Positions 8,632-18,016 of a stretch of 38,748 nucleotides of DNA are shown here, piece after piece. The position numbers were made by a program, and so were the translations under genes. Below the pieces are notes generated by a model. It was given only the letters and a program-made list of their open reading frames with translations, was not told where the DNA came from and did no database searches. Each line of letters opens with the position of its first letter. Position 1 is the first letter of the stretch. Source of the stretch: Chloroflexota bacterium (lineage in GTDB: Bacteria > Chloroflexota > Dehalococcoidia > Lucifugimonadales > Lucifugimonadaceae); assembly GCA_022562515.1 (NCBI GenBank), contig JADFPB010000001.1, positions 1-38,748 on the forward strand, read 5' to 3'.

Positions 8632-10012
8632 CAGGGTCGTACCGGCAACTCACGACGATCGGCCCACCTTCCAGGAAACGGCCGCCGATCTGGTATCGCG
8701 TCCGGCAGCCGCTACCAGCAACACCCTCGCGCGCATTTCGCTGGTGCTTGGCGCTCTCCTGATACTGGGAATCGCAGGGTTCGTGATGAAGATCGTCGAC
8801 GTCGGTCTGAACGATCGTTCGGCGTGGGGCTACTACGTTGCGATGGTCTCGTTCATGCTGACGACCGCGGGCGGCGCTCCAATGATCTCCATAGCCCCGA
8901 TCCTGGCGAAGGCCAACTGGGTCCGGCCGGTGATGCGCATCTCCCAGATGTTCTCCGTGGTGGGAATCCTGACGGCCATCATGTCCATTCCGCTCATCTT
9001 CATCCTTCCGCCGCTCGTGGAAGATGGCGTTCGGCGCCGTTCGATCTGGTTCGGCTCGCCGTCTTACACCCCGCATATCTGGGACACGATAGCCATAATC
9101 GGGCTTGTGTTTATCGGCCTCGCATTGCTCTGGGCAAGCTCAATCCCAGACCTGGCGGCGATGAGGGAAAACGGCACCGGGTGGCGGCAGCGCTGGGCAC
9201 GGCGGCTGGCGCCGCACTTCATCGGCACGAGCGGCCAGTGGAACTCCATTCGGATGCGGATGGGAGTGCTGAGCGCTTTCTACTTCCTCTTCCTCATCTT
9301 CACGCACATCCTTTTTGCCTCCGATTACATCCACGCGCTTGTAGCCGGTTACAAAGATGCCATATTCCCTATGTACCACGCCCTCACATCGCTGCAGGCC
9401 GGCGTGGCGTCGGTGATTCTTGCCACGTGGGCAATCCGCAGGTGGGGACACCTCGAGCGATATCTTGGACTTGAGCAGATCTGGTCTCTGGCGAAGCTCG
9501 AACTGGCGCTGTCGCTCTTCTGGTTCTATTTCTTCTTCTCCGCCTTCATCGTCTTCTGGTACAGCAGGACGCCGCAGACGGAGAAGATCATCGAGCTGTT
9601 CGACCATGGGCCCTACCTGTGGGCGTTCCTCGGCACTCTGACATTTATCTTCATCCTTCCGATGTGGACGTTAATGTGGAACTTCATCAGGGTCAGCATT
9701 AACGGCCCGGCATTGATCGCCGTATTTATCCTCTTCGGCACCCTTCTTGATCGGATCCGCCTCTCCGTGGGCGCATGGTCTACTGAGGGCATCAACGACA
9801 AGTTCCTGCAGGTCGTGCCGAACACGGTGTGGCCCGACCTGTGGGACATCTTCATGTTCCTGGGTATGTTCAGCGGAGCGGCATTGCTCTTTATCGGGAT
9901 AACCCGATTTCTCCCGGTTCTTTCTATCTGGGAGATCCAGCAATCTCGGCTCATAAGCAAACCGGGGAAGTTCATGCGCGGGAACGTTTTCATAGTAGGT
10001 AAGCCGGACTAG
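8624..10012 (+). CDS. NrfD/PsrC-family polytopic membrane subunit of ACIII (ActF-like; C versus F assignment is inference)
   Basis: The ATG overlaps the actB2 stop (ATGGCTAG). 462 aa, about ten hydrophobic helices. This is the more divergent of two adjacent paralogues. Confidence 0.8.
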   Translation: MASRVVPATHDDRPTFQETAADLVSRPAAATSNTLARISLVLGALLILGIAGFVMKIVDVGLNDRSAWGYYVAMVSFMLTTAGGAPMISIAPILAKANWVRPVMRISQMFSVVGILTAIMSIPLIFILPPLVEDGVRRRSIWFGSPSYTPHIWDTIAIIGLVFIGLALLWASSIPDLAAMRENGTGWRQRWARRLAPHFIGTSGQWNSIRMRMGVLSAFYFLFLIFTHILFASDYIHALVAGYKDAIFPMYHALTSLQAGVASVILATWAIRRWGHLERYLGLEQIWSLAKLELALSLFWFYFFFSAFIVFWYSRTPQTEKIIELFDHGPYLWAFLGTLTFIFILPMWTLMWNFIRVSINGPALIAVFILFGTLLDRIRLSVGAWSTEGINDKFLQVVPNTVWPDLWDIFMFLGMFSGAALLFIGITRFLPVLSIWEIQQSRLISKPGKFMRGNVFIVGKPD

Positions 10013-10046
10013 GCCCGGCGGAGATACGCAGGCAACTTAGCGCTAT

Positions 10047-11426
10047 ATGCAGCAACGCAGACAGCTAAACGAGATCACGGTAAACAGGGAGCTCCTCAAC
10101 GGGGCCCTCGACACACCCGCATGGTGGAAGTGGGCGGTGTTCTTGCTGCTCAGCATCGTCATCATGGGCCTGGTGGTGTTCGGCTTCCAGATGAACCGCG
10201 GCCTGGGCATTACGGGCCTGTCCCGACCGGTTTTCTGGGGCGCCTACATCACCACGTTCGTGTTCTGGGTTGGAATCAGCCACGCCGGGATCATGATCTC
10301 GGCGATTCTCAGGCTGACACAGGCAGAGTGGCGGCGTCCGGTAACGCGGGCTGCGGAGCTTCTGACCGTCTTCTCGCTGCTGACGGCTCTGTCATTCCCA
10401 CTGATTCACGCAGGCAGGCCGTGGCGCATCATCTACTGGATCGCCCCGTACGACTTCGCGCGGGGCATCTTCCCAAACGTCAGGTCGCCGCTGATCTGGG
10501 ACCCGGCCGCCATTGGCACGTACCTGACCGGAAGCACCCTCTTCCTCTACGTGGCCCTGTTGCCGGACCTGGCGGTACTGAGGGACCGGACGGTGGGCTG
10601 GAAGCACGCGCTTTACACGATGCTCGCGCTGGGCTGGAGGGGCAATCCCAGGCAGTGGAAGCTGCAAACGGTATCGGGGATCCTGCTCTCGGCCCTCATG
10701 CTGCCCATCTTCGTGTCCGTCCACTCCATAGTTTCCTGGGACTTTGCGGTGACGCCCGGCGTGGAAGGTTGGAACTCAACCATCTTCGCTCCCTACTTCG
10801 TGATCGGCGCGATCCATTCCGGGGTCTCTGCCGTTGTGACGATGATGGCGCTCATGCGCTGGCTGTGGAAGTGGGACAACTTCATCCGGCCCGAGCATTT
10901 TGACGCGCTGGCCAGGCTCCTGATCGTCGTGGGCACCGCGTGGTTCGGCTTCACGCTTGTGGAGATTCTCTTCAGCCTCTACACGCTGGAGGGCTCCGAG
11001 CTGGCCTTCAGGGATGTGCAGGCCTTCCAGTGGCCGTGGGCATTCTTCTTCGTCGCGTTCATGATGCTCGCGTTCTTCATCCCCGTGCCCATGTGGTTAT
11101 TCAAGAGCGTTCGGAACTCGATTCCGATGATGTTCTGGACATCCATCATGGTGAACATCGGAATGTGGCTGGAGAGGTTCCTGATCATCGTTCCGGCCCT
11201 CTCCCGAAAGACGCCGTTCGTTTACACATACGGGGAATACAATCCGAGCATGGTTGAGTTCGCGATGATGTTCTGGTCGCTCGCGTTCGTCGGTATGAAT
11301 ATGTTGTTATTCGCGCGGTTCTTCCCGTTGATACCCCTCTTCGAGAGCAAAGAAAGCCAGATGTTCACCACAGACATGAAGATCGGCAGGACCACGATTC
11401 CGGCCGTATTGCGGGAGCAGGAGTAG
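10047..11426 (+). CDS. actC: NrfD/PsrC-family quinol-interacting membrane subunit of ACIII (ActC-like)
   Basis: 459 aa polytopic protein. N-terminal region ...FWGAYITTFVFWVGISHAGIMISAILRL... is typical of NrfD-family quinone-site subunits. Confidence 0.8.
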   Translation: MQQRRQLNEITVNRELLNGALDTPAWWKWAVFLLLSIVIMGLVVFGFQMNRGLGITGLSRPVFWGAYITTFVFWVGISHAGIMISAILRLTQAEWRRPVTRAAELLTVFSLLTALSFPLIHAGRPWRIIYWIAPYDFARGIFPNVRSPLIWDPAAIGTYLTGSTLFLYVALLPDLAVLRDRTVGWKHALYTMLALGWRGNPRQWKLQTVSGILLSALMLPIFVSVHSIVSWDFAVTPGVEGWNSTIFAPYFVIGAIHSGVSAVVTMMALMRWLWKWDNFIRPEHFDALARLLIVVGTAWFGFTLVEILFSLYTLEGSELAFRDVQAFQWPWAFFFVAFMMLAFFIPVPMWLFKSVRNSIPMMFWTSIMVNIGMWLERFLIIVPALSRKTPFVYTYGEYNPSMVEFAMMFWSLAFVGMNMLLFARFFPLIPLFESKESQMFTTDMKIGRTTIPAVLREQE

Positions 11427-11432
11427 TCAGAG

Positions 11433-11945
11433 ATGGCGACATCAAAAATTAGCATCCTTGGACTGTATGAAGATCCGGAGGACGGCGCGCGGGCCATGGA
11501 CGGCCTGCACAGCGCTGGAATGGATCCGAACGACTTCGATGTCCTGACCGGGACGCCCTATCCCGAGGGCGCCTTTGGCGAGCATGTGCCCCAGCACCGG
11601 CTCTTCAGGTTCCCGTTGTTCGGTGCGATGATCGGCTTCACTCTCGCCATCCTCTTCACCGCCGGAACACAGCTGGCGTGGCCGATCGTCACGGGCGGCA
11701 AGCCCATCCTCGCCATCCCCGCGATGCTGATCATCACGTACGAGCTGACCATGCTCTTCGCCGTGATCATGACTGTCGTTGGCATACTGTTCGAATCGCG
11801 CCTGCCCAACTTCAGCACGAGCGCTTACGACACGCGCATCACCGAGGGACTGATCGGCGTCGTGGTGGCGGTCGAATCAGGCCGCGAGGAAGAGATCGAG
11901 GGCATCCTTCGAGGCGCCGGCGCCATGGATATCAAACGCGCGTGA
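11433..11945 (+). CDS. actD: ACIII membrane subunit ActD (DUF3341-type)
   Basis: 170 aa. Soluble N-terminal domain ILGLYEDPEDGARAMDGLHSAG...FDVLTGTPYPE followed by two TM helices. Starts 7 nt after the preceding gene. Confidence 0.8.
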   Translation: MATSKISILGLYEDPEDGARAMDGLHSAGMDPNDFDVLTGTPYPEGAFGEHVPQHRLFRFPLFGAMIGFTLAILFTAGTQLAWPIVTGGKPILAIPAMLIITYELTMLFAVIMTVVGILFESRLPNFSTSAYDTRITEGLIGVVVAVESGREEEIEGILRGAGAMDIKRA

Positions 11946-12544
11946 ACAGCTCGGTCTCAAATACTGGCGCACAGAAAGGCAACGCTCGCATCAGGAGCGG
12001 CGGCCTTATCAGGCCGGCATGGCTGATCGCGGTCATCGCCGTACTTGGAATCGCCGCGGCAGGTTGCTTCCCGAAGACTGGGACGTATCCGATCGAGATC
12101 TTCACGGAGATGCACTATTCGCAGGCGTTCCGATCACAGGAGCCGCCGCGGCTGGACGCAGTGCGCGGGGCCGAGGTGTTCGTGGGCCTGGGCACGGAAG
12201 AGACCCTTGCGCTTACGCTCACCCAGGAACGCGAGTATGTTCCGGCTGTTGCAAGCGATCTGTACGCGGTCAACTGCTCCGTATGCCATGGCGCTGGCGG
12301 GAGGGGCGACGGTCCCGTTGCTATTTTCCTGACGACGCCGGAACTGACGAAGGATGGCGTTGCGTATGGCGCCCCCCCTGATCTCCACAAAAGCCGGGAG
12401 CGGCTTGCGAGAGACGTTCTTTTCGGTATCGTGTCGTCCGGTATCAACGTGATGCCGCGCTTCGAGCTCCTCCTGTCCGAAGAGGATAGATGGGACATCG
12501 TCAACTACGTATTCGACACGGAAACCGGCCTGGGTTCACAATAG
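11942..12544 (+). CDS. actE: ACIII monohaem cytochrome c lipoprotein ActE
   Basis: The GTG start overlaps the actD stop (GTGA). Signal peptide with lipobox GIAAAGC, a single CSVCHG haem site, and a distal NVMPRF Met ligand region. The ORF-track N-terminal extension (from 11678) lies inside actD. Confidence 0.8.
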   Translation: MNSSVSNTGAQKGNARIRSGGLIRPAWLIAVIAVLGIAAAGCFPKTGTYPIEIFTEMHYSQAFRSQEPPRLDAVRGAEVFVGLGTEETLALTLTQEREYVPAVASDLYAVNCSVCHGAGGRGDGPVAIFLTTPELTKDGVAYGAPPDLHKSRERLARDVLFGIVSSGINVMPRFELLLSEEDRWDIVNYVFDTETGLGSQ

Positions 12545-12630
12545 AGGAGCCCGGCTCTACTCACGCTATCCCGGCCGCGCGGCAACCGGGCGTTCAGAGG
12601 CGCAAATGAAGCGTCACGGAGCAATCGCGA

Positions 12631-13254
12631 ATGGCTGCCGCAGCAGGCATGCCGAAGATACGCCGTCACGGCCCGCTGATAGCGATCGGCGTGCTTTTCG
12701 CGTTATTCGTGGTAATCGCGGCATGCTCTTCGAAAGAACGTACTATCGAGGAGCGCGGCAACGCTCTGGACAGGCAACTCATCTGCCCGATCTGCCCCGG
12801 CGAAACGATCGACCAGGCTCAGGTCCAGATTGCCAAGGACATGCGAAAGATCGTTCGGGAGAAGCTTGCCAACGGCGAGGACGAGGCGGAGATCAAAGAC
12901 TTCTTCGTGGCGCGCTACGGCGTGTCCGTCCTGGCCTCCCCGCCCGCCAGTGGATTCAACTTATTGATCTGGATCGTGCCGCCGGTCGGGCTGGCCGGCG
13001 CGCTTGGCGCGCTCTATTTGATCTTGAGGGAGATGCGCAGGCGAGGGCCCGTGCCCGCGATCGCCGGAGGGGATGCAGCCATGGATACGGCCAATGAGAC
13101 CCTCGCACCGTACCTCGAAGCGGTGGATCGGGAGATGCGCCAGAGCGCAGCGGTTCCAGATCCGGATAACGATACCTTGTCTTCACAAAACCCGAGAGAG
13201 CTGACCTCGCGGAGCGAGTCCGACGATAAGGGTGGCGGCGGGATAAAACCTTAA
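12631..13254 (+). CDS. ccmH: cytochrome c-type biogenesis protein CcmH (System I)
   Basis: Signal/lipobox VVIAAC, thiol-redox motif LICPICPGETIDQ, and C-terminal TM helix LLIWIVPPVGLAGALGALYLIL. The start may instead be the ATG at 12649. Confidence 0.85.
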   Translation: MAAAAGMPKIRRHGPLIAIGVLFALFVVIAACSSKERTIEERGNALDRQLICPICPGETIDQAQVQIAKDMRKIVREKLANGEDEAEIKDFFVARYGVSVLASPPASGFNLLIWIVPPVGLAGALGALYLILREMRRRGPVPAIAGGDAAMDTANETLAPYLEAVDREMRQSAAVPDPDNDTLSSQNPRELTSRSESDDKGGGGIKP

Positions 13255-13257
13255 TCA

Positions 13258-15294
13258 ATGGCACAGCTTGGACAGATAACACTGATGCTGGCGCTGGCGC
13301 TGGCCGTGTACTCCTCGATCGGCTCGGTGCTGGGCGTGCGCAGGGGGGTGCCGGAGCTCGTCGTAAGCGCCCGGCGAGCCGCCTACCTGATCATTCCCGT
13401 TGGCTTCGCCGCTGCAGGCGCCTTGATAACGGCGTTCGTGACCAACGACTTCTCCATCGCATACGTTCACGATCACAGCAGCACGGTCATGAACCCCGCC
13501 TTCCTCTGGGTGGCCTTCTTCTCGGGCAACGAGGGGTCGCTCCTCTTCATCGCACTCGCGTTCGCCACCATGGGCGGCATCGCTATCTATCTAACGCCGG
13601 CCCGCTTTGCCGACGCCCTGCCCTACACGATCGCGATCATCACGGGCATCCTGGCGTTTTTCTTCTTCACGATCGTCTTTTTCGCCAGCCCATTTGAATC
13701 GCTCGGCTTCGCCGCCACGGAGGGCCTTGGGATCAACCCGTTGCTCACTCACCCCGGCATGTTCATCCACCCGCCCCTGCAGATGGCCGGGCTCGTTGGC
13801 ATCGGCATCCCGTTCGCGTTCGCCATGGGTTCGCTGATAGCCGGCAAGACGAAGGACGAGTGGCTGGACATGGCGCGCGTCTCTGCGATCCTTATCTGGG
13901 CGGTCCTGGGAACGGGAATGCTGATCGGCGCCTGGTGGGCGTACACGATTCTCGGCTGGGGCGGCTACTGGTCTTGGGACCCGATCGAAAACGTGGCCTT
14001 CATGCCATTCCTGGTGCTGACCACGTTCATACACACCGTGATGGTTCAGAAACGCCGCGGCATGTTCCGAATGTGGAACATCGTCCTTCTAAGCGCTGCG
14101 TTCGTTCTTGCCCAGTTCGGCATGTTCATCAACCGCGGGGGCCCGGTCGTCTCCGTCCACTCGTTCGGCGCCTCAACGCTGGGAGTCATATTCCTGGCCT
14201 TCATGCTCCTCAGCATGGCCTTCGCCCTCGCCGTCTTCTTCTGGCGATATAACGATCTGAAGAGCGACCGGCCCCTGGAGTCGTTTTTATCGCGCGAGGC
14301 ATCGTTCCTACTCAACAATTTCCTGTTGCTGGGAATCGTCGGCGTCACTCTCTGGGGCGTCTTATTCCCACTCGCTTCGGAGTTCGCTCAGAATACGACG
14401 GTGACCGTGTCGGCGCCTTACTTCAACCAGATCAACGGGCCACTGCTGCTGGGCCTCGTGTTCCTCATGGGAGTAGGCCCTGTGCTGCCCTGGCGGAGGG
14501 CCAGCACCGCCTCGCTCAAACGCTGGTTACTGTTGCCGGCGGTTCTCGCCGTTCTCGCGTTCGTCGGGCTGGTGCTCAGCGGGCTGGAAAGGCCGGTGGC
14601 CCTGTTTGCGTTCAGCGTGCTGGTGTTCGTGGCAGCGTCCATCCTCCAGGAGTGGTACCGGGGCGCGATGGCGCGCAGAAGAGGCGGCGACAACATCGTG
14701 GTCGGCTTCTGGAAACTCATCAACGGCAACAGGCCGCGGCACGGCGGCTACGTGGTGCATCTCTCTATCCTGGTGCTCGCGTTCGGCGTTATAGGAACCC
14801 AGTTTTACGATCAGCGACAGGATGCCGTTCTGAACATTGGGGAAAGTGTTGAGATCGACAACTATCGCATTGAGTTCGTTAGCCACGGGTCGGAACTCCG
14901 CGCGGACCGTCTGGCGCAGTGGGCCAATCTGGATATCTACAAGGACGGCAAATACATTGGCGCGCTTCGGCCGTGGAGCGCCTTTTACCCGGGCTTCAAC
15001 CAGGTTTCGGTCAGAGCCGGAATCGATTCAGGGCCTGTCGAAGACCTCTACATAATCCCCACGGATTTCCTCGATAGCCAGGGCCGCGCCGTACTGGCCG
15101 GCGGTGCGGAGGTCAGTCGCGCCGTGTTTCGGATCAGCATAAATCCGCTGGCCTGGTGGCTGTGGTTTTCGGGACCGATCTTCCTGCTCGGAACAGTGAT
15201 CGCCCTCTGGCCGCAGCCCGCGGTTGAATTGAGGACGGCGCCGGTATCGAAGCGGCGGCTCACCGGCATCCCTGCCATTCAGGCAGGCGACTGA
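13258..15294 (+). CDS. ccmF: cytochrome c-type biogenesis haem lyase CcmF (System I)
   Basis: 678-aa polytopic protein with the WWD motif GWGGYWSWDPIEN. Starts 4 nt after ccmH. Confidence 0.9.
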   Translation: MAQLGQITLMLALALAVYSSIGSVLGVRRGVPELVVSARRAAYLIIPVGFAAAGALITAFVTNDFSIAYVHDHSSTVMNPAFLWVAFFSGNEGSLLFIALAFATMGGIAIYLTPARFADALPYTIAIITGILAFFFFTIVFFASPFESLGFAATEGLGINPLLTHPGMFIHPPLQMAGLVGIGIPFAFAMGSLIAGKTKDEWLDMARVSAILIWAVLGTGMLIGAWWAYTILGWGGYWSWDPIENVAFMPFLVLTTFIHTVMVQKRRGMFRMWNIVLLSAAFVLAQFGMFINRGGPVVSVHSFGASTLGVIFLAFMLLSMAFALAVFFWRYNDLKSDRPLESFLSREASFLLNNFLLLGIVGVTLWGVLFPLASEFAQNTTVTVSAPYFNQINGPLLLGLVFLMGVGPVLPWRRASTASLKRWLLLPAVLAVLAFVGLVLSGLERPVALFAFSVLVFVAASILQEWYRGAMARRRGGDNIVVGFWKLINGNRPRHGGYVVHLSILVLAFGVIGTQFYDQRQDAVLNIGESVEIDNYRIEFVSHGSELRADRLAQWANLDIYKDGKYIGALRPWSAFYPGFNQVSVRAGIDSGPVEDLYIIPTDFLDSQGRAVLAGGAEVSRAVFRISINPLAWWLWFSGPIFLLGTVIALWPQPAVELRTAPVSKRRLTGIPAIQAGD

Positions 15295-15363
15295 GCGCTG
15301 CGGCGGTCCTGATTCGTCCTTTGGGCATTGGTGGCCATTGACGGAAAGTGACGCGGAGCCCGC

Positions 15364-15786
15364 TTGGGAATAATCATAGGCATTGCGCTGACTATCGTGG
15401 TCATGGCCGCGATAACGTGGCCTTTTATCAAAACCAAAAGCGGCCCGAAACCTGGTAACGGGCGCCTGTCTGATACCGCGCGGTTGAAACTGGCCAGGGC
15501 AGATATCTATGAGCAGATCAGGCAACTGGAGGCCGATCGCGATGCGGCCATCATCGGCGAGAATGAGTACTCTGCTCATCTTCGGGAGTTGCGCATATCT
15601 GCGGCAGAATTGCTACGGGCGCAAGATAGGCTGCCTGCTGAAATGACGATCGAAGATCAGTTGGAGTTGGAGATCGAGGCGGCTCGCAGCGGCAGGAATC
15701 CGGGCCTTTCTGCCCCCGAAAATCCCGAAAACCCAATAACTCCCGATAAGCCGGATAAAAGGGGAAACATGGACACGCCGACATGA
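15364..15786 (+). CDS. single-TM protein resembling the N-terminal (TM1 plus cytoplasmic helix) module of CcmI/CycH
   Basis: TTG start. TM helix IIIGIALTIVVMAAITWPFI followed by ADIYEQIRQLEADRDAAIIGENEYSAHLRELR. No TPR region. Pro-rich tail. Confidence 0.6.
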   Translation: MGIIIGIALTIVVMAAITWPFIKTKSGPKPGNGRLSDTARLKLARADIYEQIRQLEADRDAAIIGENEYSAHLRELRISAAELLRAQDRLPAEMTIEDQLELEIEAARSGRNPGLSAPENPENPITPDKPDKRGNMDTPT

Positions 15787-17135
15787 GCCACACGGCCGGA
15801 GCCGCACTGCGCCCGTTTGTCATCGGAATCGCCGCCCTGTCGATCGCAGGCGCGGCGTTACTCGGGCTGCCGCTTGACGCCGCCGCCCAGGAACCGCTGC
15901 CGCTTGAGCAGTCGCTCGACGCGAGTAATTTCCAGATCGTCGGGCCTCTCCCTACTCCCGATCGAATCGCAGGCATCGTCGCGCAGGGCACGCAGGACGG
16001 CTCGATACCCGAAGACCTTGACGTCACGCTCATCACGATTGACGGAGACGACGTGGCGATCGATGACGCCACGGTTCAGACCGCGGCTGACGGCTCGTTT
16101 GAGTTCACAGGCTTCCCGAAAGGCGAGGGCTTTCGGTACCGGCTGACCACCCTCTACGGAAACCTCCGGCAGACCGTCAACATCGAGGACGCGTTGAATG
16201 CGGACTCGATCACGCTCCGAGTGTTTGAGACTACCTCGAAGCTGGAATCTATCGCCGCGACGACCCACGTGACCATAGTGCCGCGCGTCGATGGTAAAAC
16301 GCGGTTGATGGGCATTCTAGAACTGGTGGAGATCAGCAACGGCGGCGATAAGACATTCATCGCAGATCTCCAGAACCCTGCCCCCGGCGGAGTACCCCAG
16401 CTACTCAGATTCAGCCTGCCGGAAGGCTTCGACGAGCTCACCGTCGACTCCGATCTGCCGAGCGGGAACGTGCTCGAGATCGAGACCGGATTCGCCCTCT
16501 CGAACGCCGTACCGCCGGGCGACTTCCGCGTGCTTTTCAGCTATGTGATCGAATACGACGGCTCCGAGGTCGTCCTGGACCGCTCGCTTCCCTTCGACGT
16601 GCATGAATACCGCGTGCTAATGCCCCCGATATTCGGCAAGGCAGAAGGCGCCAGGTTCACCGCGATAGACGATCAGCAGCTCGGCGATACCAACTACAGG
16701 GTCCTGCAGGGCAGCGGGTTCGCCCGCGGCGACCGCATTCGCATCGTTTTCACGGGCCTTCCCGAGCCCGGCTTCACGCAGAGGCTGCAAAACTTCGTCG
16801 GCGATAACGCGCTGGTCACGTTCGGCCTGCCGCTCACAGCAGTTGCGGTGATGGGAGCGATGTTGATTTACGTCTTCCTCGTCAGAGACCGCCGCAAAGT
16901 AGCGGCGACGGCGGGGGGTATGACTCGTGACGAACTGGTTGCTGAGATCGCGGCGCTGGACCAGCGCCGCGATGAGGGCGGAATAGAAGAAGAAGATTAC
17001 GCCAGCCGGCGTCGGGGGCTGTTCGATCAGGCACTTGGCGCCGAGGGAGCGAGTGAGGATGCGGCGGCCGAGGGGGGCGACGATGAGGACCTGCCCGCTA
17101 CAGAATCCGACGACGGCTCTTCAGACAGCAAGTAG
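15783..17135 (+). CDS. secreted beta-sandwich-rich protein with a C-terminal TM anchor and a cytoplasmic CcmI-like helix
   Basis: The ATG overlaps the previous stop (ATGA). Signal peptide, then a CarboxypepD_reg-like stretch DGSFEFTGFPKGEGFRYRL. TM helix LVTFGLPLTAVAVMGAMLIYVFLV, then RDRRK...DELVAEIAALDQRRDEGGIEEEDYASRRRGLF and an acidic tail. Confidence 0.7.
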   Translation: MSHTAGAALRPFVIGIAALSIAGAALLGLPLDAAAQEPLPLEQSLDASNFQIVGPLPTPDRIAGIVAQGTQDGSIPEDLDVTLITIDGDDVAIDDATVQTAADGSFEFTGFPKGEGFRYRLTTLYGNLRQTVNIEDALNADSITLRVFETTSKLESIAATTHVTIVPRVDGKTRLMGILELVEISNGGDKTFIADLQNPAPGGVPQLLRFSLPEGFDELTVDSDLPSGNVLEIETGFALSNAVPPGDFRVLFSYVIEYDGSEVVLDRSLPFDVHEYRVLMPPIFGKAEGARFTAIDDQQLGDTNYRVLQGSGFARGDRIRIVFTGLPEPGFTQRLQNFVGDNALVTFGLPLTAVAVMGAMLIYVFLVRDRRKVAATAGGMTRDELVAEIAALDQRRDEGGIEEEDYASRRRGLFDQALGAEGASEDAAAEGGDDEDLPATESDDGSSDSK

Positions 17136-17162
17136 CCGGCCGTCGCACGCCCTGGCCGGCGC

Positions 17163-18008
17163 TTAGTTCATCCGCATTCCGCCGTCTACGTTGATGGCCT
17201 GCCCGGTGATGTTGCGGGCGCGATCCGAGCACAGGAACGCAGCAACCACCCCGATGTCCTCCGGCGTCTGCTCCCTCCCGAGTGGCACTGCGCCGAGCCC
17301 ATTCTCGAAACGCTCGCGCGGCGACTGGTCCTCGTCCCCGGAGTCACTCATGTGCTTCCTGGCGATCTGGTCCCACATGTTGGTCCACAGAAGGCCCGGG
17401 CAGATAGTGTTGACGTTGATGTTATAGGGGGCCAGCCGCATCGCAAAAGCCTGTGCCACGTTCAACTCTGCGCCCTTCGACGCCCTGTAGTGCGCCATGG
17501 GGCCTGCCCCACCGCCTCTTGCAGCTATCGACGCGATCACGACGATCTTGCCTTCGCCGCGGTCCATCATGTAACCCTCCACTGCTTCAATGGAGTGCAT
17601 GGTCCCACGGACGTTGACGGCGAAAACGGCGTCCCAGTCCAGCTCGCTCGCGGTCTCACGCGTCCACCACTCGGGTCCTCCGGCCACACCGGCGTTGCAG
17701 ATGAGGATATCGACACGGCCGAAGAGCGAAAGCGCGCTTGAGACCATCCCATCGCACTCGTTCTGATCGGCGACATCGGTCCCCACGACCAGTCCCTGGC
17801 GGCCCATTGACTGGACCTCTGCAATGACCTCGCCGGCAGCCTTTTCGTTGACGTCTGCGATCACAACGTCCGCGCCGCGCCCTGCCAGCACCCTGACGAT
17901 GCCGCGGCCGATGCCGTCGCCACCGCCTGTGACGATCGCTACTTTGCCGGTGAGTTCGTTTTGACTATCCACAAATCTCTCCCAGATGATGGGCGCGATA
18001 GGCCGCAA
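17163..18008 (-). CDS. SDR family NAD(P)-dependent oxidoreductase
   Basis: TGGGDGIGRG cofactor motif, NAG, and the catalytic YRASK segment. The ORF-track start is TTG at 18008; GTG at 17972 has a better SD (GGGAGAG) and is the more likely start. Confidence 0.85.
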   Translation of the reverse strand: MRPIAPIIWERFVDSQNELTGKVAIVTGGGDGIGRGIVRVLAGRGADVVIADVNEKAAGEVIAEVQSMGRQGLVVGTDVADQNECDGMVSSALSLFGRVDILICNAGVAGGPEWWTRETASELDWDAVFAVNVRGTMHSIEAVEGYMMDRGEGKIVVIASIAARGGGAGPMAHYRASKGAELNVAQAFAMRLAPYNINVNTICPGLLWTNMWDQIARKHMSDSGDEDQSPRERFENGLGAVPLGREQTPEDIGVVAAFLCSDRARNITGQAINVDGGMRMN

Positions 18009-18016
18009 GCTCGGCG

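Noticed and set aside
11678-11941. ORF-track N-terminal extension of the ActE frame (288 aa).
   Set aside because: The extension lies wholly inside actD in another frame and is Arg/His-rich. A GTG at 11942 overlapping the actD stop gives a normal lipoprotein signal peptide.
12606-13097. 163-aa alternate-frame ORF overlapping ccmH.
   Set aside because: It is Arg-rich with no motifs. The 12631 frame carries the CcmH signal peptide, the CPxC motif and the TM helix.
17135-17160. Bidirectional intrinsic terminator between the convergent 450-aa gene and the SDR gene (GCCGGCC-12 nt-GGCCGGC).
   Set aside because: The stem exists, but the loop is long and neither strand has a following U-tract. That is not enough to call a terminator.
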